Shown here in pieces: positions 57,944 through 64,000 of a stretch of 64,000 nucleotides of DNA; the stretch's first letter is position 1; every line of letters begins with the position of its first letter. The notes beneath the pieces were generated by a model. It did no database searches and was not told where the DNA came from. It was given only the letters and a program-made list of their open reading frames with translations. The position numbers and the translations under genes are program-made. This DNA comes from Vicugna vicugna (Eukaryota). The stretch lies in assembly GCA_013265495.1 (NCBI GenBank), contig MU058584.1, positions 4,532,508-4,596,507 of the forward strand. The letters run 5' to 3'.

Positions 57944-59081
57944 GGAATAGAATGAAAAGAGATTTCCTGTGTGCAGACGTAATTGATGTTCACTTCACAT
58001 GTGTCATATGATAAAGTAACTATAATCTGAAATGCTGTACTTTACGTATTAGTTAATTGCTTTGAATATTTTGTTGAAGAATGCAACTTCTGTTTTTTAA
58101 AACTTTATTGGGGATAACAGCAGCTTTTTTGTATTGTTCAAATATACTTTTCCTTGAGATGAGTAACAAAAAATGGACTTGTGTCTAATTCTGTGCATAG
58201 GTTTAAGATTCTGATTTTTGTTTTAAAGAAAGCAGTTTTCTCCTAAGTAGCTTAGTAATTTAAGAATATCACACATCAAATGATACATAACTATATAACT
58301 TTCAAACACTTCTGTAATTTGAAGACTAACAATGGAGTACATTTTAAAATGTAACTTTAAAGTGAATCTCAGTTTCATTACTTGACCCAAAACCTGGTTT
58401 ACTGACAAAATCAGTCTTGTACCGAATTCTAGTGGCACATGTCGTTTATGTTTTCTAAAACAAAGTGGGATATGAAACATAACATAGAGCAACAATCAGA
58501 AGTGTAAAATTGGTGGAGTTACTGATGGGGAATACAGAAATGATGAAATAAGCCAGGAAATATTGTAGATGTATAGAAATCCCTGGTTAAGGCCCATTCT
58601 CATGAGGATTCCCATATAAAAGTCTCAAAATTGTTTTTGCTTTTGTGTTGGCATTTTTAGACGTTTTAACATTAAGGTGTATTTGAAGTAACTGTCTGCA
58701 AAGTAGTTTATTGCTAGTTATCGCTTAGTAGTTGAATGATAGTAACATGTAATTTGTTTCAAGGCTTTTTAATTTTCTGATCTATACCTTGTATCCCAAG
58801 CACCCAAAGCCAATTTCTGCTTGTACCGTGAAGACTGCAACTTGAAAGTACCATGTTGCTCTCAATGAGTGACAGAAAAGCCAAAACATGGAAGTGACAG
58901 CATTCTGTGTTACGTCTGTTGCCAAGAATTGCTCATACTCTCTGCATCAGCCATATTTGGAGTGTCTTTATGCCTCTGTATCTTTACTTGCTTTGTGCCC
59001 TCTCACTGAAATGACTTCCTGTTACCATCACCATCACTGTCATTTTGGACACTTCATCTTTCAACATTCATCTTAGGCTGC

Positions 59082-59108
59082 TTTTTTTTTTTTTTTTTTT
59101 TTTTTTTT
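59082..59108. repeat. poly(T)27
   Basis: Directly visible. Confidence 0.95.
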
Positions 59109-59419
59109 GATTTCCTGGCCTATACATTGCATAATCCCAAGTAGGACTGCACATTTCATCTGTGTGCCCTTATATACATCTGTTATACTACTTAAAACAC
59201 TTAGTTGCATATGTGTATGTATGTAAGCACCTTTATGGCCAGCATAATACATCAATGTATACATAAATAAAAGTTGGCAAAGAAGACACCTTTTTATCAA
59301 AAACTCTAGTGAACTAAATTTTTGTTCATACTTCTTTAGATGATCTGGCCATTCTTTTCTTCCTCTGCTTCCTAAAATTTGAAATAAGTGAAAAACTATG
59401 AATTAAAACAGTTTTAGGA

Positions 59420-59958
59420 GTCTGACAACCTTCCCACACATTTGATAACTTGCTGGAAGGACTCACAGAACTTAAGAGTCACTTGTAATCATGGCTATAG
59501 TTTATTACAAGGGAAGAAGACACGTCAGACAGAGTCCGAAAGAATCTAGGCATAAGCTTCCAACATTCTCCCTTCCAGCACAGACCATACAATGTGCTCC
59601 TTCTTTCAGCAATAAAATGCAGTAACACTTATGTAGTGTTTCTGCCTTGAGAGCCTGCTTTAAGACTCAAAATCCAGCATTTTTATTGGAGGCGGGTCAT
59701 ATAGACACCCGCTGCACCCAACCACAACTTCCTGAATTCTAGACCCTGAAGGAAAGTAGGTGTTCACTGTAAATTGTATTATTTGTACAGACTGTCTGGA
59801 CAAACAGGTATATCAGGGTTCAGCATTCCAGGCAGGCAGAACAATGTAAGAAACATTCCAAAAGTCAAGTTCACAGACACCAGCCAAGGGTCAGCCTTGG
59901 AACGGACCCTTCTAAAGATAGCAGCATCAGGCCTGCTACCCTTTACCTTTATTTACTA
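59420..59958 (-). mobile_element. MER21-like LTR
   Basis: Reverse complement begins ...tagcaggcctgatgctgctatctttagaagg...cccttggctggtgtctgtgaacttg, like the MER21 5' end as I recall it. Confidence 0.72.
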
Positions 59959-61734
59959 ATACATTTGAGGCAAAGAATCCTGCCCTCCCCGCCACCACCA
60001 CATACCCACAAAAGGAGTAGAAACAGCAAGATACTCTCTAGCAACCTATCCATCTCTCATTTCAGATACTTGTAAAGATACATGTTGAAATGACTGAAAT
60101 TCCAACCCAGAGACCCTTCTTGCTAATAGATGATGTAGTAACATTACCATGGCTTTTACTACAAACAAGTGCTTTAAAGCACTTCTTAAAATATTATTTA
60201 AAAAAAAACAGATAATATATATTTTCTAAATTCTTATTCATAGATTCATTTGGATAACAAACTTCTTTAAGTTGATAATTTAAAGGTAAATTTGAGCTTA
60301 ACTCTGAATAATCACAAATTCTAAATTTGGAGATCGAATCAGTAAGGTTTGCTTTTCTGAAAACCACTAATTGAATGTAAGAAAAATATATACATAGTAT
60401 AAATTTAAAATGTATGATTTTTGGACTTGGTATTCTGGTATTCAGAGCTAAAATGAACATGGTCAGTGAGGTATAAATAAATAGAATTTAACTTATTCTT
60501 TGATTTTAGTATCTCTTGCCTGGGGAATGTTTCTTTGACACCTATCCATAGCAACATTGGTGCCTGTAGCAAAGTTTTACAGCTATTCTGAAAATAGAGA
60601 CATAGAAATGTAGTAATTATTGCAGAAACTCTGCTGTTGCAGGGGGTAGGGGAGGAGATGGGGGTTGAGAATAGCATCCTTAAATTTCTAAAAACATTAT
60701 TTTGATCTTTGAATGAAAAAAATGAATCCCAAGTTTTGTAAAATAAATGCAAGCTCAACTTATTTTAAGATGGAAGAATTTAATTACGAAATCAGGAAGA
60801 TGGAGATATGACTGTTGCCCCAAGGTTTTCTGATCCTGTCCAGTGACATCACAAAATTTGGGAAGTATACTGCATTGTCTGTGCCTCTTTTTGAAATTCA
60901 TAAACCACATTTGTATAATAAAGCCTCAGAGAAAACTTATAGCAAGGAGGTATTTTTAGCTCTGTTTATTTTTTTTCCCACATTTATTTAAACACAAACC
61001 TATTTTGCGAAACACCTATGAAAATCCCACCATTTGGAAAATATTCTTCCGGATCACTCCAATTTACATTCTAAATTGTGTGTATGGGGTTCTTTAGGTA
61101 CCTAGACCGGGAGACGCTTGGACTTCCTTTTAGCATTTCACTCCTGCGCAGTAAAGAATTTCTTTCTACAGGTTAATTCAAAATTCACCTGCTGTAATTC
61201 TAGCATAGTAATTCTTTATGTCCTATCCTTAGCATAGTATCCTTTTATATTAACCTCCTTTGGCTACTGAATTACCCTTTAAGTCATTTAATTCCAAGTT
61301 CAATAAATCAGTTCTCTCTCCATCTTTGATTAAGCCATTTTTTCTAAAAATTTCTTTTTTTCTCCTATTTTAATAATACCAATAGTATCAATTAATATGT
61401 ACCACTCTAGCTATATGCAGTGGTGTTTTATAAAAGGATTTTTTTTACCATGTTGAAAACAATAGGCAAAGTAACTCACTTTATATTTTTAGTGCTGTTT
61501 AAGAATTTCTCCTTATATTTTAGCCTAGTGTACTAAATATGCCAATTTTGTGGGGTGTTTTTTTTTTAAGGTAAGGGTTATAGACTTTCTGGTAGCCATA
61601 ACTCTCTAATTTAAGCTTGGAGTCATCTTAAGAAATTTTGCTGACCATTTTATAAATAGAGTTTTTTAGAACATGCAGTATTTAAAATATAAAGACTCTC
61701 AGGGAAGAGGAAGGGATCAGAAATACCAAGTCAG

Positions 61735-62405
61735 GAATCTGTGGACCATGAGAAGTCAGCATTACCTGATGGAGTTTCCTGTAGATCATCATGAGGAGTC
61801 AAGAGGTAGTTCATCAGTCACGAGGGACTTTGTCAGTGATGGAAGAAGAAGAGTAGCTGGGTTAAGGTTATTACAGCAAAGAAGAGTGATGTGACGGGCA
61901 GTTAACAGAAGGACTTAATAGGAAGTGAGGCAGCTGGCTGAGAAATGTTGAGTGCAGTGAGAATTCAGGAGAGCTTCTACTGCATGGGTACAAAAATGGC
62001 CAAAGGGGAGCCCACTAGCATTTTGTTAGTGCCTTCATCAAAAGGACAGCGGCCTTAATGGCTCAAAGGCAAAGAAGGTATCCCCACGCCACGGAGACTA
62101 GTTGCTGGCTCTGATACCCTCTGGTGATGTCTTCAGGGGAGCAGAGCATCACAAGGACATTCCCTTTCTTTTCATATACAAAAAGGAAAAGGGGACTGTG
62201 GTCATGGGGACGCACAAGGGCAGGTGGCTTCATCAAACTCTCCTTTAAGGCCTTAAAGGCTATGTTGTCCAGTTTTCCCCATAAAATTGGGTCACAGTTG
62301 CTATTGTTAAGGAAACATGTATAAGTTTGGCCATAAGAGAAATTTGGAGTCCAGTTTCAGCAATAATCAACCAGCACAAGAAAACTTTACAGTTGGTGCT
62401 TATAC
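61735..62405 (-). mobile_element. Decayed endogenous retrovirus pol fragment (RT thumb/connection to start of RNase H)
   Basis: Minus-strand translation: AFKALKESLMKPPAL...PLFLFVYEKKG; GYQSQQLVSVAWGYLLCL*AI; HAVEALLNSHCTQHFSASCLTSY*VLLL...CNNLNPATLL; DLQETPSGNADFSWSTD; contains stops and frameshifts. Confidence 0.8.
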
Positions 62406-62459
62406 CTAGATCTAGACACTCTTTACTGCATGTGTCTGACCTTTGTTATTTTCCTTCTC

Positions 62460-64000
62460 TCTAAAGAACTTCTATTAACATTTCTTGCAACACAAGTCTC
62501 CTGACAACAAATACCCTCAATTTTCGTTAGAGAGTCTATTCCTCATTCACTTTAGAAGGCTAATTTCACAGGGTATAAAATTATAGGTTGGTGATTTTTC
62601 TTCTTTCAACATTTTAATTATTTCATTCTTTTCTCCTTTTGCTTCTTGGTTTCTGAGGAGAAGTTGGATGTGGTTCTTACCTTTATTCGTTTATAGATAA
62701 GATTTTTTTCCCTCTGGCTTCTTTCAGGATTTTTTCTTTCTCTTTGATTTTTGTATTTTGAAAATGGTATGTCAAGATGGAGCTCTTTTTTTGGCATTTA
62801 TCCTGCATGGTGTTCTCTGAGCCTCCTGGATCTGTGGTTTGGTGTCTGACATTAATTGACATTAATTTGAGGAAATTCTTAGTCATTATTTTTTCAAATA
62901 TTTCTTTTGTTCCTTTCTTTCTTCTCCCTTTGGTACTCCCATTATGCCTAGTTTGTGGTTAGCCTACAGCCCTTGGATGTTCTGTTTGTTCTTTTCAGTC
63001 TTTGCTTCTTTGCCTTTTGGTTTTAAAGGATTCTGTTGATACATCCTTTAGCTCAAAGATTGTTTTCTCAGCCGTGTCTAGTCTACCAATCAGCCCGTCA
63101 AAGGCATTCTTCATTTCTGTTACAGTATTTTTCATCTCTCTCATTTTTGTTTCTTTCTTAGGGTTTTCATCTCTCTGTTTACATCACCCATCTGTTCTTA
63201 CATGCTATCTACTTTATCTGTTAGAGCCCTTAGCATATTAATCATAGTTGTTTTAAATTCCTCGTCTGATAATTTCAACATCCCTACTATATCTGGCTCT
63301 AAAAGCATCAAAAACAAGCGTTCTGTCTCTTCAGATTGTTTTTGCCTTTTGGTATGCCTTATAATTTCTTTTTTCTTAGCTGAATATGATGTACTAGGTG
63401 AAAGGAACTGCTGTAAACAGACCTTTAGTAACGTGGTGAGGTGTGGTGGGGAGGGGAAGCATTCTGTGGTCCTATGATTAGGTCTCGGTCTGTTAGTGAA
63501 CCTATGTCTCTAGACTGTGAATTTTACAAGTGTTTGTCAGGGTTTTTCCTCTCCCCTTAGGTGGAACAGGATAGTTAGAGTGGACTGGAGTTGAGCATTT
63601 CACTTTCCAGGTTAGTTAGGCTCTGAATACCCCAGCAAGTTAGGCTCTGGTTTCCCGTGAGGGCAGACCTTGTTAAGGACAGAGTACTCTGACATACTTC
63701 AAAATTGTTCCCTTTCCCCGCTGGAAACCTGAGGGGATTTTTCTTCAGTATTTACTGTGGCATCTGGTTTGGCTCCTAGAAGTAAATCTCAAAATACTGT
63801 AGGGGACCCCCTACGACTGGGTGCCCCTGGAGTTTTTAACTTTCAGAGGTACCTGCAGTGAGCCTCCAGCTGTTTGTCAGTCACAGTTCAGCTACCCCAA
63901 GACTCTAGTAAGCATGACTCCCCGTTGCCTAGTTGTCTCTCTAATCTTGGGGACAGTGGTTTGCCTGTGTCCTCTCCTCTCTTAGGGATCCAAGAAGAGT
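62460..64000 (-). mobile_element. L1 ORF1 and 5' region, antisense
   Basis: ORF 62683..62886 (...KEKEKILKEARGKK) resembles ORF1p; ctgaggagaagttggatg, ggtgttctctgagc; 5'-UTR-like sequence towards 64000. Confidence 0.8.

Noticed and set aside
59082..59108. poly(T) as the tail of an antisense retrocopy
   Set aside because: No recognisable coding sequence or target-site duplication next to it

Overview
AT-rich mammalian genomic DNA covering the middle of one + strand multi-exon gene, DCAF6 (IQWD1/NRIP, a WD40 + IQ-motif substrate receptor of the DDB1-CUL4 E3 ligase). I traced 13 coding exons (1862 nt) whose AG/GT boundaries and phases join into one open frame; start and stop codons lie outside the window. 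Exon labels A-M are mine and correspond roughly to human exons 5-17 from recollection. Three frame-preserving exons (171, 60 and 42 nt) look like cassettes. The introns carry L1, L2, MIR, MLT1, MER5A, MER58, a MER21-like LTR, a decayed retroviral pol segment and microsatellites. The tRNA-derived SINEs and the L1 3' end suggest a camelid. Most ORF-track entries are spurious or TE remnants. I see no wholly new biological system. The best leads are splicing-regulatory: a candidate 125-nt poison exon (29985-30109), a structured 57-nt candidate exon (28153-28209), a possible truncated isoform at the 60-nt exon, and muscle-type motifs around the 42-nt microexon. Repeat family calls and boundaries are by eye and approximate.
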